64,000 nt of DNA from Bugula neritina. Lineage: Eukaryota; Animalia; Bryozoa. The translations under genes and the position numbers were made by a program. The notes under the pieces were generated by a model that made no database searches, had not been told where the DNA came from, and saw nothing but the letters and a program-made list of their open reading frames with translations. This document shows positions 1 to 12,200 of this stretch, one piece after another. Numbering within the stretch: the stretch's first letter is position 1; every line of letters begins with the position of its first letter. Where the stretch lies: NCBI GenBank assembly GCA_964035545.1, contig OZ037766.1:29886640-29950639 (forward strand), written 5' to 3'.

Positions 1-538
1 ACTAAATACCACAGATATAAATAGACTTCAGATCAAATAGAGTAAAAGTAAAATGGATTTGGAAACAAGGTGAAGGTCAAGTTAAGGTGATAGATGGGTC
101 ACATAATCCAACACTATTAACTTTATGACATTTTCTAAAATCACGTTAATTAAGTTGAACAAACTGTGTTCATAGCACATGTATATATTTAGTTCAGAAG
201 ATTTAATTGCTGTTGAGGACAAAAGTATTCTTAGTATAGGCTAACTTAGTATGCTGTATATTTTATTGCTATATCAGATATAGTGTTAGGGTGTTGTTAA
301 TGTTATTATAAGTTCAGGTGGAATATAATTATCGTTAAGCTTAACTTAATTCGAAACAAGATAATATGTAAGTTATTAGGTTAGAACTAAAAGATCAGAA
401 TGAGTTAAATGATAAATGTGAAGCCGAATGAAAAGCTAAGATAAAAGTAATAAAAACACAACACAAAAATGTGACCAAAATTAAACATAAAGAGGTAGTT
501 TGAAAGTTATGACATGATAACGGTAGTGTGAGGGTCAC

Positions 539-3500
539 CTGAACAGCTCCTACGAGGCACCATCCTGTCGTAGGGTCTTTGGAGAGGGGTGAGACCAGCT
601 AGGGACAGTTGGTAAGATTTAGCTTCATCTACGTAATCTCTACACTCCATGTCTGCATGTATTAAATCATCTACTTCTACCTCCTAAAACGAGAGTGAGA
701 TGGTTTCGTTTCACATCAAGACAAATCGGGAGAGAGAAAGCAGAGTAGTTTCACTTTAACTTAGATGTATGGAGGCAGGAAGTAGAGCAAGTTTTACTTT
801 AACTTACTTGAGTGAGATAGGAGGCAGGAAGTAGAGGTAGTTTCACTTTGGCAAGAAGTGGTGCTAGAGTCTGTTTACGTTTTTCGATATCATCATGTTT
901 CACCCACCTCATGACAGCTTGGTAAACCTAAATCAAGAGGTATAATACAAGAAATGATCCATATGTATAAACAGTTATAGAAAATTAAAATTTCCAGTCT
1001 TTCTAAGTTGGACAAAAAATGGCAAAATAATCTTTTCAACATCAACAAATCAGCTATCAAACTATTAAGAAAATGAATTTAGTAAAGTCAAGATCAGTAG
1101 GCAGTATTACAGTTTCTGAAAGCTTTATCAGGAAGAGAAAATATAATTCATTAACATATTGTTTTCAACCCGCATTACTTTATGTATCATCAAATGGCAT
1201 TTTAATGTTCTCTCTTTATTTATTGCATTTATAAAATAATAGGTTTACTGTATTCATTTGTTGTAAACACAGCTACAAGAAAGTGGATGCCAAGACAATA
1301 GCATGAAAAGTTGTCTCCTGAAATAGAGTACCCACAATGTAAACAGTTACTCTAAGCCCGAGTTTTCCCCTTTCCTTACTTGTATTTCAGAGTCCACGTT
1401 GAGATCGTCGTTTCCGATGATATCGGCTAAATGCTGGGCCGAGATAGTGAAGAATTCGTCACAGTCGACTACTTCGTTGAAGTGATCTGAGATGTAGGAA
1501 TCGGCCAACTCCTGTAGGTCTGTGCGGCTAAAGAATGTAGCACATGGAAGGATATAGAATCATCAAAGAGTATAACAAAAATACTATCAATAAAACTAAT
1601 GGAAAATATATCGCAGTACCGTCTGAAAATTAACAGGATTGGAATTTACTAAATCATAATTGTTGCACGACTACAATAGGAAGTATGGTTAAATATGAGT
1701 CATTTTTGTAGTGTTATATTTATTACTCAGGAAAACGAAAATATGAGATGGGGAAAAGGTGGTTGAGATGATTGCTAAAATTAAAAACGTCAAGACAACA
1801 CAACTTTTTTAGATTTTATATGTATTTTGAGAGGTGAACATTAGTCTATTTTAGGAACATGACAGTGAAAAGTGACAAAAATAGACAAGTGAGCTAAGCA
1901 AGAGAACATAAACCCAAGGCAATGTTCCAAATAGGCAGTACATAGGTCTATATAGAGCTTGGAATGGCCAATCAAGCTAGTAGTAAGGTAATATGAGTTT
2001 AAAATAGCAATTGAGGAAACTTGACCTGTTTTCTCAAATAGCCATAGTTTCCTAAGTTAAATGACAAATATACGACCTAAAGCTACCAGAACAAAGCCCC
2101 CAGTTAAAGTTCACCAAGTAGAAAGCAAATGAGTGCTGATGAGGCATACAATCTTTAGCTAGTACAAAGTTAATGGCTATACATGACCTGCACAGTGACA
2201 GTAACATTAATTAGGTTGACACTAATTACACAAAGTAGGGTATTTTGTTCCCCATTAGTCTTACTTTCTTTGCAAACTTTGCTCATTGTTCACAGCAAAA
2301 ACACACATATTGACAAGCAAGTGTGCAGAGCAGTAGTAAAGGACATGAGGACCAAAATGTATGCATACTTTCTACTCTTGTGAAGCGGTACAATTATTCA
2401 CTTAATAAGGTGGTATTAGGCTTTAGAACTCACCCAAAGGGGGTTACGTTACAGGAATTTCCTTTTCTATACATTTACATAAATTACACACTTTTACATG
2501 ACTCATAGCACATCACTTATATAGGTTGATTAATTGGAAGTGTATGTGTGTGAGTGTGTGTGTGTGAGTGTGTGTGAGTGTGTGTGCGTGAGTGTGTTTA
2601 TATAACCAACTCACCCATGCTGCTCTGCAAACTTTCTCATCTCAATGCAGTTGCTGGGGTGAAGCTGCTGCTTCATGAAGTCACTGCAGCTCTGCACAAC
2701 CAAATCAAACTGCAGAAAAGAGGCTGCGTCAAGCACCTGCTGCACATTGTCAATGTTAAGCGTGATTCGCCCAGTATAAGCAAACTGTAGGAGCAGGTCC
2801 ACTGCCTTGTGGTCTAAATCGTGAAGTTCGACAGAAGGTGCTCGCGTCTCTTTCATCTGACTGGCAAACATTCCTCTGAAATATCCACTAGTGCAGCTCA
2901 GCACCACTTTGTGACAGGCAAACGACCTTGTGCCCAGCTTGAGTTCAAGGTCACACATGTGACCTTTAAGTCTGAAGTCATTGAGGGTAGCGAAACTGTC
3001 TCTAAACATCTGATTGCTGACATCCACAGACCTGGTGGTGTCGAAGTCAAGCTGGTCCGTAGAGTTTCTAGCTGATTTGTTAGAGGACAGGTTTACTAGA
3101 GACCTGAAAGGTCTGTGGGCGGACCTTGGGCCGGCATATCTCTTAAAGTGGGGGCGGCTGTCAGGAGGGGAGGAGTCTATTGACGTCTCCAGGACATTTC
3201 CTGTACTTCCACCTCCATTGTATCTCGAACTCCCTTTCATAACTGAAACAAAGTTTTCATTCAAATGTAGACATGAACATCATTAGCTAAGCTCTAAGCA
3301 CAGCATAACATGTTTATCCTAATACAGTTTTCTCATTATACAAGAAATGAAATTCCAAGAACTTCTATTTTAAACATTTGGATGTTGATACTAGAAGAAA
3401 CAAAACTTGAGCTTTCAATATTGTGTTAAGACATTGTAGTGGTTTGTAGAAATTGTTGTGCTACAAAGTTAATTGACAAGAAGGATGATAAGATTAGGGT

Positions 3501-4484
3501 AGTTTTGGAATGATATATACTATGACACACTATATCTTACCATCAATAAAGCACACTACAATTCACTCCTGATTCATGGATGACAATCTACTTGAGCTCA
3601 AACTTGTTACCCATTTAGATTCACTTCAATGGGAGAATGTAGTAGTAAATGAGTATAGATACAGCCTAACCTACTTCAATTACCAACTGCTTGTTAAAAA
3701 CAATGGAGTTGATGAATCAGGGATGAGTTTTTCCAAACATTTATTTGTAAACAGAACAAAAGTGATAACAGAGGCATATATCTAGCTGTGTGACCTACAT
3801 ATTGAAAGTGTATAATGTACAACATGCAGCTAAGGCAGCCTGGTAAAGTCGGGCAGTGGTAGCAGAAACCCTCCGCCACTCTGTAGCTAGTTTTGGTGAT
3901 TCGGCTTATAATGGTTTAAGAGTCTAACTGAAGCAAATTCTAAATGATACAATTTGAATTAATTAGACTTTTTGCTTTATTTAATCTTGCACAATAAAAG
4001 TTGCTACACAACACCCTTTCATTAGCATGTGCTTTAATCAGTATGCAATCAGCCGTCAAAAAGCCAACAAAACTTGAAGTTAAACTAAAAACTAAGCAAG
4101 GCTTGCGTACTGGGTGCTGCTCAGATATAGTGGGAGGCATTTACACTCATTAATCATAAAGCATAGGAGCTTATAGAGTTTTTTTGTAAGGTACTAGATA
4201 GATAGATCGACCATGTATATTTCAACTCATAGTCTTACGCCCACCATTTTAAGTATATCCCTTAATAAGTAGGTTAACCTAAGCAATAGTGAAACTCGCA
4301 AAGTAACATAAGAAGCAAGACTATATTTTGAGCATCTCAATACTACCTGTCACACCAGCTGTCACACTAATGCTGCCGTCCACTCACCTCTTTGACCCCG
4401 AAATACTCGACTACGACTAGGCACACAGAATTCTTCAGCTCTTGTAAAGTCGCTGGCCTCACAACGATTCAGTCTATCACTCAT
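539..4484 (-). CDS. KLHL8: Kelch-like BTB-BACK protein, KLHL8-like (5' part; Kelch repeats lie beyond the left edge)
   Basis: Phase-consistent GT-AG exons 4484-4388, 3242-2615, 1527-1380, 927-808, 683-539. BTB: 'HMCDLELKLGTRSFACHKVVLSCTSGYFRGMF...LLQFAYTG'. BACK: 'LHPSNCIEMRKFAEQHGRTDLQELADSYISDHFNEVVDCDEF...VYQAVMRWVKHD...VKLPLL...CRDYVDEAKSYQL'. The KLHL8 assignment is by recalled similarity; exon 1 is the least certain. Confidence 0.8.
2541..2597. repeat. (TG)n/(TGAG) microsatellite
   Basis: Direct reading; lies just inside the intron next to the KLHL donor at 2614. Confidence 0.9.
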
Positions 4485-6199
4485 TGAGACATCAAATATG
4501 GCTGCCGCACAGATTTCTATCCCCTTCTATGAATTCGGATTTAGTTTTCTGTTGTTTATGCTTTACGCTAGAGCTGGAAATGAATAGTCCAAGCAGTTTA
4601 TTTGGTTGAAGACTTACTTGCGAGGTCAGTAGGTTAGTAATCTAACTACTCTTCTGTTTAAAACTGCAATTAAAAAAGCTATTTACTATTCCAATCACAA
4701 AGCATCAGTAGAATATTATACTATGGCAATCTAAGCACTCTAGTAGATGGTAGTAAGGAGTTAAAGACTGCGGTCAGTGAACACTCGCAGCACAATGAAG
4801 GTTTCAATTTTCAAACAAACATACTATGTATTCAACCAATCACATTACTACAAAGGGTGACTCACTGCAAGCGTGACCATATAATAAATTAGCTATTGAT
4901 CTTATTATAGGTACTCCATTGATACATCTAGTGATAAGCATTGTCTTTACCTGTGCTGAGTCATAAGAGCACGCAAACGAATAACCTTTTTGTTGCAATG
5001 CATGTTATTCTTAGGATAAATTATTTATACAGATCTGCCTCTGAATACTTATTTTGAAAGAAAATCTAAAGACAACGCTTGATCTGAAAAAGCTAATAAT
5101 TAATTAAGTGAAAAGGCATAATGCATGAGTTCTGAGTCATATCGTGAAATTGGGGGGAATTATTAGAAAAAAAATGTCTATCAATTTCAACAAAGTTACG
5201 ATTAAAATCAATAATAAATAATAACAAATCGTAATTATCAATATATTTTAGAAATCAATTAAAAGGACATCAGAATTCTACGCCTCAACGAGTTAATTTA
5301 CCAGTTAAAGGAATATTTCCTTTTCTTGAAATAAAATATCCAAGCTATATTATTTACAAACTAAAATTATATAAAGTGTAAATAAACAAACATATTTTCT
5401 GAATAAAACTCTTTAACACTTATCAAAATATGATTATGATAGATGATGATCTTGGATGTTTTTACTAGAATGAAAACAGTGTTATTGCATAGAGCAGAAA
5501 ACAGTTTTTCAAGAGCTAAATTGTTTATGAACATAAAAGAATATCTACTAAAAGTAGAGTAGAAGCCTATTGATGTTGCTATTTTATACTTGAGTCTTAA
5601 AATATTAGCGTTATTTTAATAAGACTGAATAAAAATGTATTTATCTATCTAAAAAACAATATTAAGCAGAAACATGTTACTGATACAAAATTTTGTCATA
5701 TTGATATGATTGTTATATTATGACCACTTTTGTTGTTATCCATGATTATCATTATTAGAATTAGAATTACCATTGTGACTTAATACTAAACATTAAAATA
5801 ATCACTATAAGCATGTTAACACAACTCTTCATCAGGACTACTAAATAAGTATTTAATGAATATTCTGTTTACAAAACTAACTTATTGATAGTAATACAAC
5901 AATTTTAAATATCATTAATAAACAACAAACTAATAATGAGCTGAGGTATGACCTAATTCAACCAAATTTAAATATTTCTGAAGTTACAAAACAGAAAACT
6001 TCACAAAGATATTGTTACTATGTTATTGTTACAAAGTTATTATGGATAGATACTCTGAATCCGAATATAAAATGTAAATCACTCAACGCTAATTGTTTAT
6101 TAATTATAAGCAGATTTCAACTTTAATACTGAGTAAAAAATAATATTGAAAATCACAGACAAAAATTATAAAATATGGTAGCTATAACAACTGGAACTA

Positions 6200-7420
6200 T
6201 AATTATCACTATGAGTATGAGAGTCAATTATTATTAGTAGTTAAAATCAACCCTTCATGATTTTACTTATAGTGAAAGTTCTAGTATAAGTATTACTTAA
6301 ATTAAATTTACTTCAATACATATAGTTATACTTTTACTAGTCTCAGTGACTGTGAGTTAATACTAATAAGTAATACCTATACATATAGTTATACTAATAG
6401 CAATACTATTAGTATTTTATAAGCACAAGTATTACTAAGACTAATACTTAAAATTAGAATTTTACTGTTATTATCAATATCCATTAGAGTTTAACCTGCC
6501 TATAACTGTGCCCTATAAGTGTGACTATCTCAATGCCTATAGCATTAACTATGAATTATCAATATTAATATGGTACTACCATCTCCTGTTGAACTTCAAC
6601 TTGAAGATGATAACCATGTTAGTATCAATTAATTCAGTATAACAGCTAGCATTACTTAAAAATTGATGCAAGTACAAACCTTAGTTTTACTAATTACTTA
6701 CAATTATACTAATATTTGTAGTAATACTAATAGTTAGGCTATACCTATACTAGAAAGTAAGATTATACTTATACTCAATAAGTATAACTCATGCATATAC
6801 TTACTACTAGTTCTTAGTCTTATAGTAATTATTGACTTATTAAAAATTATTATTACTTATACTTATAGTTTAAGTTATTAAATTTGGTAATTACTAATAT
6901 TTGTACTTATACTGATAGTAATACAAATAGTAGTATTACTACTAGTAATAGCAATACTATAACTAATAGTAATATGTTACTGAGTAATAGTAATAATAAT
7001 ACTATAACTATTATTAACACTAATAGTAATACTAATCCTAATGACTCAGTAATTAGTAATACTAATTAGTAATTTAAACTACTAAGTCTAATAGGCTACT
7101 AATAGTAATACTCATATTATAAGTATTACTATTAGTATTAGACTTAATAATTATACTCACTGTAAGTGTATAAGCATAACTATAAGTTATAGTTATACTT
7201 ATACAGTGAGTTATACTTATACTTATGGTTATAGTATTACTATTACTATTAGTTATACTAAAAGTAAAAGTAAAAGTAAAAGTAAAAATTATTAACATAA
7301 TAGTTTAGACTTTAGGTTATAGTATTACTTTAGTATTACAACCTTGACCATTACTATTTACAATCAACATTATAAATGCAGTACTCATTACTGATTAGTG
7401 ATTACAGTTACTGTTACAAT
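6200..7420. repeat. Low-complexity AT-rich degenerate trinucleotide tract (TAA/TAG/TAC)
   Basis: Runs such as tagtaatactaatagt and ttatacttatagttata; the ORFs here are N/S/T/I-rich artefacts. Confidence 0.75.
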
Positions 7421-8845
7421 ATCAATAAAACATTAGTCTTTGAACCTCAACGAGCGTTTTATTTTTTGTAAGCAAAGCTAGTGCCACAGACAAAATCAAT
7501 GTGTCTCTTATTCCTAATGATAATACCTTAAAATCACTGTAAAACTTGAACATAACATTAATGATAAGTTTCAAAAACAAAAGCGTTACTGAGATATGCC
7601 ATTCTAAGAACAGGCAACATGTTGTTAAATTTATTCTCTTCTAGCTGTACCTTTTGTCATTGCGATTGTGTCTGTGATGAAACTTGTTCTTTAGTCGGAA
7701 ACTTCTAAACAGGACTAAGTTGGAACCGTCGATAATGAATAAGCTAAGCAGCCGTCTATTACTTAAATTCGATTGAGCGTTTCTGGTGATTTGCCTCAGC
7801 TCATTGCTTTCTAAAAGAAAAAACTTGAACTTATCGCATGCTATCTACCTTTTAACAAGCAACTACAATGACCTTTGGACTAAAGTCTCAGGCTACAAAA
7901 TTTGGAAAATTCCCCGTCAATGGACAGGTTGGTTGAATCAGTTTCAGTTTATATTTCCAGGTTCGATTCGAAGTAAACTGCAATAACTTCTGTTCCCTTA
8001 AAAGGCAAAGAGCAAATTGAAACTGAGTGTGTAATAATATATATTTTTTAATATAGTGACAATGCTAATATCCGTGATACTCACATGCTGAGCGTAAACT
8101 CAAATTCAATAAGTCAATTATGAATTAATGATTAATCATTATCATTATGATTATTTTAAGGGAATGACATCGTCTATTATTAACACATTAATCATTATCA
8201 TTAAATTTAAGCTTAACAATTACTTTTACACCTGCAGTAAAACTTTTAGTTTTACTCGATGTTTGCAGTTATTGTTAAAATATGACTGTTTACTAGGATT
8301 AGGAATGTCATTTCGATCATCATTATCATTATAAATAATGATATCATTATGAAGATAAAATTGAATGTGGTTTTTGTGGCTGTTAGTGTTACACTTACAG
8401 TTATTTCATTATTTGTATTATATATTTTTAATTATTGTATTTGTTATTGAAATTATACGTGAGCGATAAAATCAGTCAAAGTTAGAGTAACCCAATCGCA
8501 CTATATTAGCTAGTGTATATAACTTAAACTACAATCCAATTTTATTCAGCAATTCACGAATCATAAGTAATTGGTGGATTGATAAAATTAGTTACCCTTT
8601 TTAAATAATATTATCTATTTCTTGAACTATTTGTAACCGAAGTAATGCTATGAGCACTAGTATGTTATTGTTATCTATGTTTATATTTTTTATAACGATG
8701 AAATTCAAGTATAAATTTAACATTATTAAAGGTTTTGTTTTTTTGTTACTATTGAGTATTTAACCCACTATATAAAGTGCACAGCTAATAAAATTTATAA
8801 TATGCTTGACGCAATATTAAGTGCTTTGTTGTAAACTGAATGGTT

Positions 8846-8965
8846 CTATAAGCAGCTCCGGGTAGGGGGTGAATAAGTTTGAAATTAAGAGTTTTCATAA
8901 ACCCTAACTTCAAACCTGAGAACCACAAACTACTGCAGTCACCCCCAACTTGAAGCTGCTTATAG
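8846..8965. repeat. ~120 bp inverted repeat / MITE-like hairpin
   Basis: Left arm CTATAAGCAGCTCCGGGTAGGGGGTGA; reverse complement of right arm CTATAAGCAGCTTCAAGTTGGGGGTGA. Confidence 0.7.
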
Positions 8966-9200
8966 GGTATTAATTTTGTAGTCTCACCTAAAAATTACAA
9001 TAAATAATACGGTAACGGTATGTCTAGTAGTTTGTATATATTGCATCGAGATCTCTCTTATTTATACTGAAATAGAACATAACACTGTTTGTATTATTAG
9101 CAATTCAAATTTTAAATTATATGTGCAAGTAAGGTTTCCACAATGTGAATATGAAATTGCATTTGGTTGATTTACTTGTGTTTTTACAGAAATAGGAAAA

Positions 9201-12200
9201 ATGGATAAATACAAAGAAGTTGCTCTCCTTGGAGGGGGAATGTTTGGCAAAGCATACCTATATGAGTATGAAACAAATGGGAAAAAAAGTCAATGTGCTA
9301 TCAAGGTTTCTAATTACTGTTTAAAGTCATATATATCTGTTGTGCTCACTTTCCTTCAAGATTGACAAGACATGCCTAAATTATAGCTATAGTGTGTGTT
9401 TATTAAAAAGATAAATCACATGAGATATTATGAAGATAGAAAATCAAACTAAAAATTCCTTGAGTAATGGTTTAGATATTTCTGTTTCTTTGTGCTGTAA
9501 AAGATAATTTGCAGTGCAATAAGTTTTAAAAGAATGCCCATGCTTTGAGCACAGATGCTGCAAAATCACAATTCTCAATTTTTTTCCAATAAATTAAAAG
9601 TTCTGTGCATCTTTATACAAAAGAAAATTTATGAGTTAAATAAATGCAGCTAAATTTTCCTTCTCCACTTCTTTAGCTGCACTAACTCATACCATGACAT
9701 TGATAGCTAACAAGTCAACAAGCTATTACCAAAAGGCTTTCACCAAACATATTTCAGCAAAAAGCTCCTGTTACCGTATAGGTTTTCATCTTTTTACCGA
9801 TACAAACACTGTAGTTGACATAAAGCCTTTAATTTTTGTTGATTTATTCAAGATTTTTAAGACATTTAAATTATATTCAATTTTTTTTTATAAAAACTTG
9901 ATTTGATATAACAATTAAGTGCATTGGTAAAGCAAGTTAGTATGTTTAAAAGCTGAACAGAGTTTTTATAAATTATATAATAATATTGTACTAAAACAGC
10001 ATGTGACTGACTTTAATACACTATGGAATTCTTTTTACCTTCCTTAGAAATCAATGTGCACATCTGCTGTAATTTAACATGTTAACTTATTAATGAAATG
10101 CTGGTATGAAGTTGTTTCGTTTATTACTGTTTAGTCTATGGTTTTAGAAAATCCCAGTTCCAAGTGTCAAACCAGAGTTACAAGCTAGTGCTGTCAGAGA
10201 AATCGACGTGTTGAGGAAGTTGCATCACCCTGGCATTGTAAAGTATATTGAATCCTTTAAACGTAAGTAATCTTGTTTGACTCAAATGTCATTGCACTAA
10301 AATAATAGATATTCTTTGCAGTTGTGACTAAATTACTCATTTTTTTAATTATGCAGGAAATCTCTGATTTTCTGTAGTTATTAAAGTAAACGATTTAATG
10401 AATACTGCGTACAACATTTGACAGATGCTGGAGATATCTGTATCGTCATGGAGTACTGTGATTCTGGTGACTTGGAGAAGAAAATACATGCTCAGCAAAG
10501 CGTTCAGTTTTCGGAAGAGCAGGTCTTTATTTCACTTGTCATTGAGTACATCATTTAGAGCTGAAAAATTTTGCTACATGTTTATGCTATGTTTGCTTTA
10601 TTTGATTCAGAGACTGGTTAAAGAGTTGATGATAGTTTATTGTTTTAGATATTAAAGGTCCAATCTGGATAGATCTAAAAACACAAACTGATTATTATTA
10701 ATAACACCAATAACATGGTATAAACATTAACAAAAAAAAGCTTATTTAGCATATATTATATTTTGTTTTATGCTTGCTTTTCAATGTCTTTAATTTTAGC
10801 CCAGCTTATTGTGATGTATATATTTCTAGGTATGGGACTGGTTTATTCAGCTGTGCTTGGCTATAAAGTACTTGCACGGAAAACGAGTTATGCACCGAGA
10901 CCTGAAGCCAAACAACATCTTCCTTACTAAGGACAACACTCTTAAAGTTGGAGACTTTGGTCTTTCTAAAGTTTCAGAGTGGTGAGATTTCATTACAACA
11001 TAACTTTTATTAAACATTCAGTAATTTGCTTTTTACTGTACAATACATATATAATATAATATTTTAATAGAAATGTATTAGCTATTTTATAGTCAACAAT
11101 ACATAAATGCATTGCATAGTTACGGTCCATGAACAGTACATGAGTGTTTTGCATAGTTACGGTGCGATGGAGCAAACCCTTGCCGGAGCCATTGGATACT
11201 GTGCTCCTGAGGTGATGGCCGGAGAGCCGTACTCTAGCAAGTGTGACATGTTCTCTCTTGGCTGTGTGCTCTACAACATCCTGATGCTGAGACAACCAGT
11301 GAGTCTATGGTTTACTGACCATGTAACGTGGTTACTTTTTTGCTTTCTCAATTATAGAATTTTATGACTTATCTGTATACTGGTGCTGAGCTAATATTAG
11401 AAATAGGCTACCACACTGCATGTTTTATCTTATTTTAAAATTTTCATTAAATATATATCAGATGTCTGTATAAAATTTAAGATCATGGTTTTTTAGGTAT
11501 TATAATAACTTTGCTGTAAACTTATGATACATGTATATGTTCTAGTTTTAGGCTATTTATATTAAAAGATTACATTTTTATTGCAATTTTAACATAACAT
11601 TTATAACAAGTTTTTAAATTTTAAATGCTTTCTAAATTTTACAAATTATTGTTTGCTGTTTTTTGAGTTTGCTCTACAATTTGATCAAATAAACAGTTGT
11701 AATGGAATAGCTACATTTTATAGAATCAAAGCATTTTGATTTTATCAAATCTAAGGTGGCATTGTGATTGTGTATTTGTTGTAGTTTGAGGGGCCCAATG
11801 TCTTCGCTATAATGAATCTAGTAAAGGAAGGGAGGTATACCCAGGTCTCTCCAAATTATGGCCAGCCTTTAAGAAGCATGGTAACTAGGCTACTAAATGT
11901 AGATCAAAGGTTAGCAATCGTTCTGAGATTAAATGTTGTTTTCTGATGAATTTTCCACAAAGAAAAAATAATGATATGAGAATTTAATGAGAAACAATAA
12001 ATAAAAGTGATTTCTATTTTTGTAAGTTTTTTTATAAAGTTTGTTATGTTGTGAATTTATATTTATATATACATTTGTAAAGCAGTTTTCTACAGGAAAA
12101 GTCATTATATTTTCAGTTCTAAGCTGCAATAACTTAGATAATGTAAAACACACTTTCTTTGCAGTCAAGTAGTTCTAAGACTAACTTATTGTATAACGGT

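Noticed and set aside
6884-7298. N/S/T/I-rich ORFs
   Set aside because: Low-complexity trinucleotide DNA, no splice or homology support.
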